Source of the DNA: Candidatus Omnitrophota bacterium
Lineage (GTDB): Bacteria; Omnitrophota; Omnitrophia; Omnitrophales; Aquincolibacteriaceae
Assembly (NCBI GenBank): GCA_043803685.1
Contig: JAZDJU010000117.1
Coordinates: forward strand, 1 to 55,231
Length of the DNA: 55,231 bases
Direction of reading: 5' to 3'
This document shows positions 37,163 through 46,567 of the stretch, piece after piece; positions within the stretch are counted from its first letter, which is position 1, and every line of letters starts with the position of its first letter. The position numbers were made by a program, and so were the translations under genes. The notes under the pieces were generated by a model. The model was not told the origin of the DNA and did no database searches. It saw nothing but the letters and a program-made list of their open reading frames with translations.

Positions 37163-38811
37163 AGGGACGCCGGAAGCTTCTCTCTGAGTTCTTTCACGGA
37201 CAGGACGAGTGTCTTCATGCCATTCCACTGCTTGGTCTTGACGGAATAGGCCGCTTCGAACTGCGCTCCAGGCCTCGACGTCTCGCAAAGAAGCATCTGC
37301 TTTTCGTTGAGATGAGCCTGATAATTCAGGATCCCCTCCGTCACGATCGTTTCATAGGTTTCGCCGTAAAGACGCTTGGGTGGGGTCTTTAACTGAAGAC
37401 CGTTGCTCTGAAAAACGGGCCGTGGATTCCCCAGCCCGTGCGGCTCCAAAAGCTCCAGCTCCTCGAGAAATTGACTCGTCAGATCACTAAGTTTTAAGGG
37501 CATATCCACCGACACATGACGTTTCAGCTCCTCCGGGGGAAGATGCTCGAACGCGAAAGCGTTGATCTTCTCGCGCAAAAGCGGAATGTTCATTTCCGTA
37601 ACCGTGATCCCGGCCGCCTGCGCGTGCCCTCCGAATTCTTCAAGAACGGATTCACAGGAACGAAGCGCGTTAAAGAGATGAAAACTCTTGATGGAACGGC
37701 CCGACCCGCGCCCGACGCCCTCTTCCACCGAGATCACGATCGCCGGCCGCTCGAACTTCTCCACGAGTCTTGACGCCGCGATCCCGATCACCCCGCGATG
37801 CCAACCCTGGCCGTCCACCACGATCACGCGCTCCCGGTTGAAGTTCACCGTCTGCTCCACTTTGCGCATCGCTTCCCGGGTCACCTCGCGTTCCATTTTC
37901 TGCCGGGCCTTATTTTCCTCATCGAGGATCTTCGAGAGGCTTTCGGCTTCGCGAGGACTTTCGGTCATCAGAAGCCGGAGCGCTGTATCCGCGGAACTCA
38001 TCCGCCCCGCCGCGTTCAGCCTTGGCCCCAAAATAAATCCGACATGCCCCACATTGACCTGAGAAGCTTTCATCTTGGAAACATCGGCCAACGCGTGAAT
38101 TCCTGTGTTTTTCCGCTCGGAAAGCCTTTGAAGGCCCTCTTTGACAAGCACGCGATTCTCCCCCACAAGCGGAGCCATATCACTGATCGTGGAAAGCGCC
38201 ACAAGGTCCAGATGTTCCAACGCCGCCTCGCCGATCAGCGCCTCACCCAATTTGAATGCCAACCCGGCGGCTGAAAGTTCCTTGAAGGGATACGGACAAT
38301 CCTCCTGAAGCGGATTTAAAATGAGGTGCGTGTCCGGAAGGCCGTCGGCAGGCAGGCGATGGTGATCGATCACGATCACGTCCATGCCGCAAGAACGCGC
38401 GATCTCGATCTCTTTTTTGGCCGTGATCCCGCAATCCACTGTCACGATCAAATGGACGCCACGATTTCCGGCATCGCGGATCGCGGCTTCACTCACGCCA
38501 TAGCCGTCGCGTTCGCGCTCCGGCAGAAAAGTCTCGCACTCTCCACCGAGCTTCTCGATCGTCCGGGCCAACACCGCAACACTAGTGATCCCGTCGACGT
38601 CGTAGTCGCCATGGATCAGGATCTTCTCACGGGACTGAACAGCTTTCTCGATGCGAGCTTTCACTTCCCGCATATTTTTCATCAGAAAAGGATCGTGCAA
38701 TGAGGAAGTGTCTGAAAAAAGAAATGCCTCGATCGAGGCGTCATCAGAAAAACCGCGCCGCGCAAGGAGCACCTGAAAAGATGGGGAGAAACGACGAGCG
38801 TGTTCTTTCAA
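37159..38811 (-). CDS. recJ: ssDNA-specific exonuclease RecJ
   Basis: GDYDVDG, TVDCG, DHH, PRLNAAGR, GSGRS, FGGHAQAAG. Confidence 0.96.
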   Translation of the reverse strand: MKEHARRFSPSFQVLLARRGFSDDASIEAFLFSDTSSLHDPFLMKNMREVKARIEKAVQSREKILIHGDYDVDGITSVAVLARTIEKLGGECETFLPERERDGYGVSEAAIRDAGNRGVHLIVTVDCGITAKKEIEIARSCGMDVIVIDHHRLPADGLPDTHLILNPLQEDCPYPFKELSAAGLAFKLGEALIGEAALEHLDLVALSTISDMAPLVGENRVLVKEGLQRLSERKNTGIHALADVSKMKASQVNVGHVGFILGPRLNAAGRMSSADTALRLLMTESPREAESLSKILDEENKARQKMEREVTREAMRKVEQTVNFNRERVIVVDGQGWHRGVIGIAASRLVEKFERPAIVISVEEGVGRGSGRSIKSFHLFNALRSCESVLEEFGGHAQAAGITVTEMNIPLLREKINAFAFEHLPPEELKRHVSVDMPLKLSDLTSQFLEELELLEPHGLGNPRPVFQSNGLQLKTPPKRLYGETYETIVTEGILNYQAHLNEKQMLLCETSRPGAQFEAAYSVKTKQWNGMKTLVLSVKELREKLPASL

Positions 38812-38825
38812 TTTTTCCTTTAGAA

Positions 38826-38862
38826 AAAAGGGGACAGGCAGTCACCCTGCCTGTCCCCTTTT
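38826..38862 (-). terminator. GC-rich hairpin with U-tract after secDF; also a member of the GGGGACAGGC repeat family
   Basis: AAAAGGGGACAGGCAG-TCACC-CTGCCTGTCCCCTTTT. Confidence 0.6.
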
Positions 38863-38893
38863 ATATTAACCACCTAACGCTTACCTCTTAAAG

Positions 38894-41068
38894 CTATTTA
38901 TGGGCTTTCCAATCCACCGCCAGGGCCGAAGCCACAAAAACGGAGGAATAGGTCCCCACGACGAAACCTACGATCAGGATAAACGCGAAATCCGCGATTG
39001 CGCTTCCCCCGAAGAAGAAAAGTGCCAAAGCCCCGAAAAGCACGGTCAAGGTCGTCAGGACCGTCCGGCTCAGCGTTTGATTGATACTCAAATCCACGAT
39101 CTGTGAGAAAGGCGTTTTTCGCATCAACTTCACATTGTCTCGTATCCTGTCGAAGGTCACGATCGTGTCATTCACGGAAAAACCGATGATCGTAAGAAGC
39201 GCGGCGATCGTCGCCAGATTGATCTCGCGTCCGCTGATCGCATAAATACCAAAAGCGAATATCGAGTCGTGGACAAGAGCCGCGACGGCGGCGGCGGCAA
39301 GCTTCCACTGGAAACGCCACCCCAGATAGACAAGGATCCCGAGCCACGACCAAACAATAGCCCAGAACGCCTTATCGCGAAGACTGCCGCTTACCGAAGG
39401 CCCGACCTGGTCGACTTTCTGGATCTCAAAACCATCTTTCCCCGCAACCGTCTCCGCGGCCGCGCCCACCTTGGAAGGGTTCCCTTCAGCCATCTTGACC
39501 AGATATTGATGGCTGCTCGCCTCCCCATAACGCTGCAACATGATCGATTTGAGCCCTTGTTTTTCGAGCTGTTCCCTGAATTTCGCCTGGTCCACATCCT
39601 GTTTGAAGGCAACCTGGACGTAGGTGCCCCCCGTGAACTCCACGCCGTAATTCTGGGTCCCACGCATCGTGAACACGAATATCCCGAACGCCAGACAAAG
39701 CGCCGAAAATCCATAGGCCCAGAAGCGCCCTTTGAGGAACGCGATGTTCGGATTCTTGAACAGCTGGAACATTTTGAAAACTTTTTCCGGATTCTTTTTG
39801 ACGACCGCATCAAGAATGACGCGCGTCACGAAGATCGCGGAAAACATGCTCGCAACGATACCAATGGAAAGCGTTACGGCAAACCCCTGGATCGGTCCCG
39901 TTCCAAATATAAAAAGAAGCACGGAAGTGATCAACGTCGTCACGTTGGAGTCCAGGATCGCTGAAAAAGCCCGGTGATATCCCGCCGAGACGACCGCGCG
40001 AGCGCCTTTTCCGGTCGCCATTTCTTCGCGCATTCTCTCAAAGATCAGGACGTTAGCGTCCACAGCCATCCCGACCGAAAGAATGAACCCCGCGATACCG
40101 GGCAACGTGAGGGTGGACCCCATGGCTGCCATACCGCCCGCGACCAAAGTGATGTAAACCAGCAACCCGAGATTGGCGACCCAACCGCAGAAAAGATAAT
40201 AGATCGGCATGAACACGACGATAAAAAGCACCCCGAAAATACTCGCCCGGATGCCGCTTTGGATGGAATCCCTACCAAGACTCGGACCGATAGTCCTCTC
40301 TTCCACGACCGTGACAGGCGCGGGGAGCGCGCCAGCGCGAAGAACAAGCGCGAGATCGCTCGCTTCCGCCGCCTTGAAATTTCCGGAGATCTGGGCCTTC
40401 CCGTTCGGGATCCTGTCGCGGATCACCGGCGCGGAATAGACCTGTCCGTCCATCACGATCGCGAGCCTCTTGCCGATGTTCTGGAAGGTCACTTTATCGA
40501 AGAGCTTCCCACCCTCACGATCCATCGTGAGCATGACGATCGCCTGGCCATATTGGTCAAACCCCACAGTAGCGGTCGTCAGATGTTCCCCGGTAAGCAC
40601 CGGGGCGATCGCCAGCAATACCATTTCTTCGTTCGGACTTCCTTTAACTTTCTTGTACTCAAACCCCGGAGGGATCGTTCCCGTATCCGCCTTCTGGATC
40701 AACTCCGTGTCTTCCGAAACGATCTTGAATTCCAGATGGGCGGCCTTGCCCGCGATCTCTTTGGCGCGTTCGCGGTCGGTCACACCCGGGAGTTTCACCA
40801 CAACCTGGTCTTTACCCTGCGTCGTGATCTCCGGCTCCTTGACCCCGAACTCGTCGATGCGGTTACGGATGATCTCCGCCACACGCGCGGTCACGTCCTT
40901 GCGCGCATCTTCCGGCACCTTGTCCATATCGACCTGGAGCAGCAACTGAACGCCGCCTTGAAGATCGAGACCCAGATTGATCTTTTGATCCAGAGGGTAG
41001 GCCTTCCAGAGAGAAAAGGCGACTAGCCCGATGATCAGCAGTACTTTCCACTTATAATTTTTGTCCAT
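38894..41068 (-). CDS. secDF: Fused protein translocase subunit SecDF
   Basis: LGLDLQGG, IGPSLG, GMAVDANVLIFER (SecD); GVEFTGG, GFSVNDTIVTFDRIR (SecF). Confidence 0.95.
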   Translation of the reverse strand: MDKNYKWKVLLIIGLVAFSLWKAYPLDQKINLGLDLQGGVQLLLQVDMDKVPEDARKDVTARVAEIIRNRIDEFGVKEPEITTQGKDQVVVKLPGVTDRERAKEIAGKAAHLEFKIVSEDTELIQKADTGTIPPGFEYKKVKGSPNEEMVLLAIAPVLTGEHLTTATVGFDQYGQAIVMLTMDREGGKLFDKVTFQNIGKRLAIVMDGQVYSAPVIRDRIPNGKAQISGNFKAAEASDLALVLRAGALPAPVTVVEERTIGPSLGRDSIQSGIRASIFGVLFIVVFMPIYYLFCGWVANLGLLVYITLVAGGMAAMGSTLTLPGIAGFILSVGMAVDANVLIFERMREEMATGKGARAVVSAGYHRAFSAILDSNVTTLITSVLLFIFGTGPIQGFAVTLSIGIVASMFSAIFVTRVILDAVVKKNPEKVFKMFQLFKNPNIAFLKGRFWAYGFSALCLAFGIFVFTMRGTQNYGVEFTGGTYVQVAFKQDVDQAKFREQLEKQGLKSIMLQRYGEASSHQYLVKMAEGNPSKVGAAAETVAGKDGFEIQKVDQVGPSVSGSLRDKAFWAIVWSWLGILVYLGWRFQWKLAAAAVAALVHDSIFAFGIYAISGREINLATIAALLTIIGFSVNDTIVTFDRIRDNVKLMRKTPFSQIVDLSINQTLSRTVLTTLTVLFGALALFFFGGSAIADFAFILIVGFVVGTYSSVFVASALAVDWKAHK

Positions 41069-41081
41069 TTTAACTCCTTGA

Positions 41082-41152
41082 TTAGCGTTAGGCGTTAAGC
41101 GTCAAGCGGTAAGTTTTTTTCTTAACGCTTACCCCTTATCGCTTACGACTTT
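41082..41152. repeat. Heptamer-periodic inverted repeat element E11 (TAAGCG / CGCTTA units)
   Basis: GCG at 41085, 41092, 41099, 41106; CTT at 41121, 41128, 41135, 41142, 41149; shares GCTTACCCCTTATC with E7. Confidence 0.87.
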
Positions 41153-41153
41153 T

Positions 41154-41468
41154 TTATTGTCTCAATCCCGCGATCGCACTCTTAAGAACTTCGATCTTGT
41201 TATCGGATCCCCCGACCGCGAGGACCACATAATCATCCTGAAGACTTGAGACCACGCCGAGCATGCCGCCCGTTGTGACCACCTTGTCTCCCTTTTTGAT
41301 CTGGCTGATCATCGTCTGCAGTTCCTTTTGCTTCTTCTGCTGGGGCCGGATGAGCAAAAAATAAAAGATCACGAACATGAGAATAATGGGCATGAACTGC
41401 ACAATAGGATTGACCTGCGGGGCTCCTTCAACAACGGTCTCAGCGGCATAAGCGATCGATTCAAACAT
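41154..41468 (-). CDS. yajC: Preprotein translocase subunit YajC
   Basis: FYFLLIRPQQKKQK, KGDKVVTTGG; between tgt and secDF. Confidence 0.95.
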   Translation of the reverse strand: MFESIAYAAETVVEGAPQVNPIVQFMPIILMFVIFYFLLIRPQQKKQKELQTMISQIKKGDKVVTTGGMLGVVSSLQDDYVVLAVGGSDNKIEVLKSAIAGLRQ

Positions 41469-41480
41469 AAAACCTCTCTC

Positions 41481-41546
41481 TAGGGTTTAGGGTATAGAAG
41501 TTAGGGTTTAGGAAAACTATACCCATACGCTAACCCCTATTCTCTA
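41481..41546. repeat. Heptamer-periodic inverted repeat element E12 (TAGGG / CCCTA units)
   Basis: TAG at 41481, 41488, 41495, 41502, 41509; CTA at 41517, 41530, 41537, 41544 (tgt stop). Confidence 0.85.
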
Positions 41547-42665
41547 TCGTGTGTGTGGATCAAAACGGTTAAAAAATTGCTTTTTGAACTGCAGGAACCG
41601 GCCTTGCCGTATCTTTTCCCGCATCGCTTTCACTAAGTTTACGAAAAAATGAATATTATGCAAGGTAATCAATTCGGCACCCAGGATCTCATGGCTATTC
41701 ACCAGATGCCGTAAATAAGCCCGCGAAAAGTTCTTGCAGGCGTAACACTCGCAATCCCTTTGGATCGGCTTGACGTCTTCTTTATATCTCGTGTTCCGAA
41801 GAACGACTAGCCCGTCGCTCGTGAACGCCGTCCCGTTCCGCCCATAACGCGTCGGGTTGACACAATCGAACATATCCGCGCCGCGCTCGACGGCTTCGAA
41901 AAAGTCGATCGGCGTGCCAACCCCCATCAAATACCGGGGCTTGTCTGCGGGCATCCGCGGAAGGATATCCGTAAGGGCCTCGAGCATCTCGGGCTTGGGT
42001 TCGCCTACGCTCAGGCCTCCGAGCGCGTAACCGTCGAAACCGATCTCAACCGTCCGCTCCAGCGATTCCCTTCTCAGATCCTTGAACGTTCCACCCTGCA
42101 CAATTCCAAAGAGCGCCTGCGATTTCAGCTTATGACATTTCTTCGCCCTGACCGACCACCGCAGAGTGATATTAACGGCCTTTTCGATCGAGGGTTTATC
42201 TTTACTCGCAGCAGGACATTCATCAAAGATCATGGCAATGTCGCTCCCCAACGTCTGCTGAATCTCCATGACTTTCTCCGGCGTCAAAAAGATCTCCCGC
42301 CCGTCGAAGTAGGAATTAAACTTCACCCCTTCCTCGGAAATGCTCCGGAGCTTGCTCAGGGAAAATACCTGATAGCCGCCGCTGTCCGTAAGGATCGGCC
42401 GGTCCCAGGCCATGAATTTATGAAGTCCTTTGAGTTTTCTGATGACCTCAAGACCCGGACGGATATAAAGGTGATAAGCATTCGACAGAATGATCTCGGC
42501 GCCGGATTCCTTCAGGTCGCGCGGCAACACCGCCTTGACCGTGCCCTGCGTCCCCACGGGCATAAAGACCGGCGTCTCGAAAGTCCCGTGCGCCGTCGTC
42601 ACCTTCCCGACCCGCGCGTTGCATTTCTTATCTACCGCTTCTAGCTTAAAACCGAATCTTTTCAC
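41544..42665 (-). CDS. tgt: Queuine tRNA-ribosyltransferase
   Basis: FMPVGT, TDSGGYQVFSL, GGLSVGE, DMFDCV, Zn site CECYAC; GTG start. Confidence 0.97.
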   Translation of the reverse strand: MKRFGFKLEAVDKKCNARVGKVTTAHGTFETPVFMPVGTQGTVKAVLPRDLKESGAEIILSNAYHLYIRPGLEVIRKLKGLHKFMAWDRPILTDSGGYQVFSLSKLRSISEEGVKFNSYFDGREIFLTPEKVMEIQQTLGSDIAMIFDECPAASKDKPSIEKAVNITLRWSVRAKKCHKLKSQALFGIVQGGTFKDLRRESLERTVEIGFDGYALGGLSVGEPKPEMLEALTDILPRMPADKPRYLMGVGTPIDFFEAVERGADMFDCVNPTRYGRNGTAFTSDGLVVLRNTRYKEDVKPIQRDCECYACKNFSRAYLRHLVNSHEILGAELITLHNIHFFVNLVKAMREKIRQGRFLQFKKQFFNRFDPHTR

Positions 42666-42694
42666 TATTTTCTCCGATCACAGAAACTTAACTG

Positions 42695-42749
42695 GTTAGG
42701 GCTTAGCGAATAGATTTTCTATTCCCTAAACCCTATACCCTATCCCCTA
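42695..42749. repeat. Heptamer-periodic inverted repeat element E13 (TAGGG / CCCTA units)
   Basis: TAG at 42697, 42704, 42711; CTA at 42719, 42726, 42733, 42740, 42747 (queA stop). Confidence 0.85.
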
Positions 42750-43796
42750 AGAAATGAACATCGCGTCACCGTAGGATGCGAAGCGATAGTCCGAATGGAG
42801 AGCGGTATTATACGCAGCCATGAGCTTTTCATAACCTAAAAATGCGGCGACCATGGCAAGAAGCGTGCTTTTCGGCATATGGAAATTCGTGATAAGACCG
42901 TCCACGATCCTGAAATCGTACGGTGGATAAATGAAAATGGAGGTTTTGCCTTTGCCCGCTTGAATAAAGGGGTCAGACCCCTTTATCTTTGCAGCGGAGG
43001 ATTCCAGTGCCCGGACGCAGGTGGTGCCGCACACAATAATACGCCGTCCTGCGCGTTTCGCAGCGTTGATCGCGCGCGCCGTTTCGGGAGAGATCTCGAA
43101 TTCCTCCTCAAACATCTGATGATCCTCAACACGCTCTACCGTGATCGGTTGGAAGGTCCCGTAACTCACGTGAAGCGTCACATGCGCGATCTCGACGCCC
43201 ATCTTAGCAATTTTCTCAAGAAGCGATTTGTCAAAATGAAGTCCCGCAGTTGGCGCGGCCACGGCCCCTTCTTCTTTCGCGAAAACAGTTTGATAAGTTT
43301 CATGGTCTGCGGCCTGATCAGGCCGACTGATGTACGGAGGAAGCGGCACATGACCGAGCTCTTTCAGTTTTTCTTTGACGCCATCCCCTTGAAAGGATAG
43401 CCACCGTTTCCCTGTGCCAGGGACTGGATTCGCCGCGACCTTGGCTTGAAGGACCGTTCCATTCCCGGTAAATGTGAGAACGCTTCCGTCGCTCACGCGG
43501 CCGCCGGGTTTGAGCAAGGCTTCCCAGGTGTTGTCGCCAAGATCCTTGAGTAAAAGCGCTTCGATCTTCCCACCGGTCGGCTTCTTCCCCAAAAGTCGCG
43601 CGGGAAGAACCTTGGTGTTGTTAAGGATGAGCAGGTCCGTCGGCTTCAAAAGTTCTGGAAGATCACGGAAGATCCTGTGTGAGCAACAGCCGCTTGCGCG
43701 GTCCACACAAAGAAGTTTCGCGGCAGACCGATCCTCTGTCGGGAATAAAGCTATCTTATCTTTGGGAAGCGGGTAATCGAGGTTGGAGAGCTTCAT
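42747..43796 (-). CDS. queA: S-adenosylmethionine:tRNA ribosyltransferase-isomerase
   Basis: NNTKVLPARL, PLPPYI, AAPTAGLHF, TNFHMPKSTL, SYGDAM. Confidence 0.97.
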   Translation of the reverse strand: MKLSNLDYPLPKDKIALFPTEDRSAAKLLCVDRASGCCSHRIFRDLPELLKPTDLLILNNTKVLPARLLGKKPTGGKIEALLLKDLGDNTWEALLKPGGRVSDGSVLTFTGNGTVLQAKVAANPVPGTGKRWLSFQGDGVKEKLKELGHVPLPPYISRPDQAADHETYQTVFAKEEGAVAAPTAGLHFDKSLLEKIAKMGVEIAHVTLHVSYGTFQPITVERVEDHQMFEEEFEISPETARAINAAKRAGRRIIVCGTTCVRALESSAAKIKGSDPFIQAGKGKTSIFIYPPYDFRIVDGLITNFHMPKSTLLAMVAAFLGYEKLMAAYNTALHSDYRFASYGDAMFIS

Positions 43797-43860
43797 AGCG
43801 TTTAGGGAATAGGGTTTAGCGAATAGTTTTTATACCCTAACCCCTATACCCTATCCACCT
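43796..43860. repeat. Heptamer-periodic inverted repeat element E14 (TAGGG / CCCTA units)
   Basis: TAG at 43796, 43803, 43810, 43817, 43824; TTA/CTA at 43830, 43837, 43844 (stop), 43851; runs from the upstream CDS tail to the queA ATG. Confidence 0.87.
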
Positions 43861-44527
43861 TCTCGCCCTTAAGGATCTCTGGGATGGGGCTGGCATCAAT
43901 GCGGAGACCGCCGTCATGTTCAATCTGCAGTGTATAGATAGTACCAGGAAGGAACATGGAACCCGGAGCTTCGATCTGCGCGTTCTTGATCCCGGCATGC
44001 TCACGCTTCTGGGGATCTAGCGCGTAATTCCAGAATTCCTGCCAAAGTTTCGTTTCGAACTCATTCGCCTTTTCGAAGACTTTGTAACCTCCCGGCACTT
44101 CATGGGCCTTCGTAATATCGAATTCCTGGGTCTTCGGCCCATCCAACACAAATGCTTTCATGAAGAAAGCGGCGCTTTTCCCGCGCAAACGATCTCCCGC
44201 CTCGACCAGTTTGTCGTTGAAACGGATCACAAGCGACTGGAACTGGATGATATTCCCCTGAAAAGTGAAGTGTTTTGGTTCAAGGGGCTTTCCCTGCGCG
44301 TCATATTCCAGGAACTTGATCGTCGTCTTGATCTTCTGGGTCGCTTCATCAAATTCGCTTTTTGTGACAAGCACTTCCGCCTTGCGCGTTTCCGCATGAA
44401 GCCGCTCGATGATCTTCCTGAGAACGCGTTCCTTCCGGATCCACTGGTTCACGCCGACCGCGGCGAGCGCCACCGCGACCACCAGGATCCCGATCGAAAC
44501 CATGTTGAATATTTTTGAAGTTTTCAT
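43844..44527 (-). CDS. Hypothetical membrane-anchored protein
   Basis: 227-aa ORF with N-terminal TM helix; co-oriented between the tRNA and queA. Confidence 0.7.
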   Translation of the reverse strand: MKTSKIFNMVSIGILVVAVALAAVGVNQWIRKERVLRKIIERLHAETRKAEVLVTKSEFDEATQKIKTTIKFLEYDAQGKPLEPKHFTFQGNIIQFQSLVIRFNDKLVEAGDRLRGKSAAFFMKAFVLDGPKTQEFDITKAHEVPGGYKVFEKANEFETKLWQEFWNYALDPQKREHAGIKNAQIEAPGSMFLPGTIYTLQIEHDGGLRIDASPIPEILKGEKVDRV

Positions 44528-44558
44528 GAGGGGTGTGACCTTTTGGTATTAGGAAATA

Positions 44559-44632
44559 TGCGCCCGGGCAGGGTCGAACTGCCAACCTTCGCCTTCGGAG
44601 GGCGACACTCTATCCAATTGAGCTACGGGCGC
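44559..44632 (-). tRNA. tRNA-Arg(CCG), CCA not encoded
   Basis: GCGCCCG acceptor stem, TAGCTCAATTGGATAGAG D-arm, TCGCC-CTCCGAA-GGCGA anticodon arm, GGCAG-TTCGACC-CTGCC T-arm. Confidence 0.96.
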
Positions 44633-44851
44633 AAGAACATTTAACTGCTTATCTATGCTGCAGTTGCAACTCCAACCTTTTCCGCTCTAGTTTCACTCTT
44701 ACCCTCTGGGGCCCAGAGGGTGCCTCATAGGAAACGGAAGTGGAGTATAGCAGAATTTTTCAGGACAGTCTCGAATGACTTTTAGAAAATGCAGGGATTT
44801 CCGTTCTCACAAAGAAAACATAAGAGCTGGCGGGGTGCTTCTTTAGAGACT

Positions 44852-45214
44852 TCAGATGTGCCTCTTTATAAACCTCACGAGATCCTCAAGCGGAAATGGT
44901 TTGGGGATATAATCCGAAGCCCCCAGACTCTGGGCCTCCAGGATAGAACTTGTCCCTATAATCCCTGAAAGCATGATCACGGGAATAGCGCTTGTTCCGG
45001 AAGTCCGTTTTAATGCCCAGAGCGTCTCAAATCCACCCATGACCGGCATCTTAACATCGAGGAGAATGAGATCCGGATGTTCCCGTTCAGCCATTTCAAG
45101 ACCGATCTTCCCGTTACACGCACTAACGGTTTCATAGTGGTTTTCCCTTAACTCACTTTCCACCTCCCGAACGATCTCGGGTTCGTCATCCACAACAAGG
45201 ATCTTTTGAGCCAT
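44852..45214 (-). CDS. Single-domain response regulator (receiver)
   Basis: ILVVDDE, LLDVKMP, YIPKPF. Confidence 0.92.
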   Translation of the reverse strand: MAQKILVVDDEPEIVREVESELRENHYETVSACNGKIGLEMAEREHPDLILLDVKMPVMGGFETLWALKRTSGTSAIPVIMLSGIIGTSSILEAQSLGASDYIPKPFPLEDLVRFIKRHI

Positions 45215-45248
45215 GGATCCTCCTCCGTTTCCAGTTCACCGCCTGAAC

Positions 45249-46472
45249 CTAGTTATCGGCTACCTCTGCGGATGCGCTTAGAAGGATCTTGGGCTTGGAT
45301 ATCTGCGCGCCGGGATAATAATGGCTCAGAATATCCTGGTAACTGTAACCGAGTTCTCCGAGGTATTTCATTCCGTACTGGCACATCCCGACGCCGTGCC
45401 CCCAACCTCTTCCCTTGAACACAAAAGCCCCGTCACGAAAAGCGATCTTCGTGATCCGGTTGCTTTTAAGACGCATCGGATCCACCCAGACCCGGAACGC
45501 GTCCGCATCCACGATCTTTTCCGCCCAGGTGCTCTGGATCACGAGCTTGTGCGCGCGTCCTGTTTTGTCGATCTTGTCGGTGCGGATGCCAAGGACGTCC
45601 TGGACAGGCATCTTCTGCTTCGCAAGTTTTTGTTTGATCTCCGCAGGAGTCACTTTCGCTTCCCATTTGTAATGCGGGGAATTTTTACAAAACTCACATT
45701 CGACGCCGCCGAGCGGAGGGAGCGGTTTCACGCGCCACACCAGATCGGCCGCCGTCGTCGCGCCACCGCAGGTCGAATGAAAAAAAGCCGGAAAGATCTT
45801 CTCCTTATAAAGCAGGATCTCCCCGCGCGTCGCGTCGACGGCCTGATTCGTCCGCTCGTTCTCGATCTGCTTGCCGGCATAGACCTGGCTCATGAAACCC
45901 GCCGATACATCATACTCCTCACTGCGCCGCGAGATCATCTTGGTAAGCGCGAACGTTCGTGACACAACGGCCTGGGCCTTAAGCGACTCCAGGGTCCACT
46001 TCGGATTCCCTTCAAAAGGAAGTACGCTTTTCAGGTAGTCATCCAGTTCGAGCCGGCTGATGACGTCCAGACTGCCGCCCCTATTCTTGTAGATCAGAAC
46101 TTCATCCCGGTAGACCCCGCTCGATCCGACGCGAATGCCATGCCCCATGCTTTTCACGACAAGAAAACGCGTGGGAACTGTCTGACTCCACCACTGGATC
46201 CCCTGGCCGACGGGTTTCACGGTCGCGCCATCGAGCTTCGCCCCCTTTGTGACCGTGCGTCCATGATCATCAAGAACCTCGAAAGGATTCGAAACGCTGA
46301 CCTGAACTGCGGGTTTATTGTGTTGTACAAGAATGCGGATCCTGTTCAGATCCTTAAGATCCTGCGGCAATGAAACGGAAAGGTCTCTGACAGACTCCGC
46401 GGCAAAAGCAGGCAGGGTCGCAAAGAAAAAAACGCTCGTAAAAATGAGGGCTCGAAGAATTGGGGATGACAT
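45249..46472 (-). CDS. SpoIID/LytB domain-containing protein
   Basis: LDDYLKSVLPFE, LKAQAVVSRT, FFHSTCGG, GWGHGVGMCQYG, ILSHYYPG. Confidence 0.9.
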   Translation of the reverse strand: MSSPILRALIFTSVFFFATLPAFAAESVRDLSVSLPQDLKDLNRIRILVQHNKPAVQVSVSNPFEVLDDHGRTVTKGAKLDGATVKPVGQGIQWWSQTVPTRFLVVKSMGHGIRVGSSGVYRDEVLIYKNRGGSLDVISRLELDDYLKSVLPFEGNPKWTLESLKAQAVVSRTFALTKMISRRSEEYDVSAGFMSQVYAGKQIENERTNQAVDATRGEILLYKEKIFPAFFHSTCGGATTAADLVWRVKPLPPLGGVECEFCKNSPHYKWEAKVTPAEIKQKLAKQKMPVQDVLGIRTDKIDKTGRAHKLVIQSTWAEKIVDADAFRVWVDPMRLKSNRITKIAFRDGAFVFKGRGWGHGVGMCQYGMKYLGELGYSYQDILSHYYPGAQISKPKILLSASAEVADN

Positions 46473-46501
46473 ACAAGGATCATTGTAACAAGGAAGCTCT
46501 C

Positions 46502-46542
46502 AAAAAAAAAGGAGCAGTTCCGTTAACCGGAACTGCTCCTTT
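46502..46542 (-). terminator. Intrinsic terminator
   Basis: AAAGGAGCAGTTCC / GGAACTGCTCCTTT stem followed by a T9 tract on the minus strand. Confidence 0.88.
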
Positions 46543-46567
46543 GAAAATTATTCTTTTCTAGAACAGC

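Noticed and set aside
38894..41068. SecD-SecF fusion as a novelty
   Set aside because: Common in many bacteria.
44528..44632. Prophage or island integrated at tRNA-Arg
   Set aside because: No integrase and no duplicated tRNA 3' end in the window.
44701..44721. Palindrome ACCCTCTGGG-G-CCCAGAGGGT upstream of the tRNA
   Set aside because: Single copy with no U-tract or other support; function cannot be assigned.
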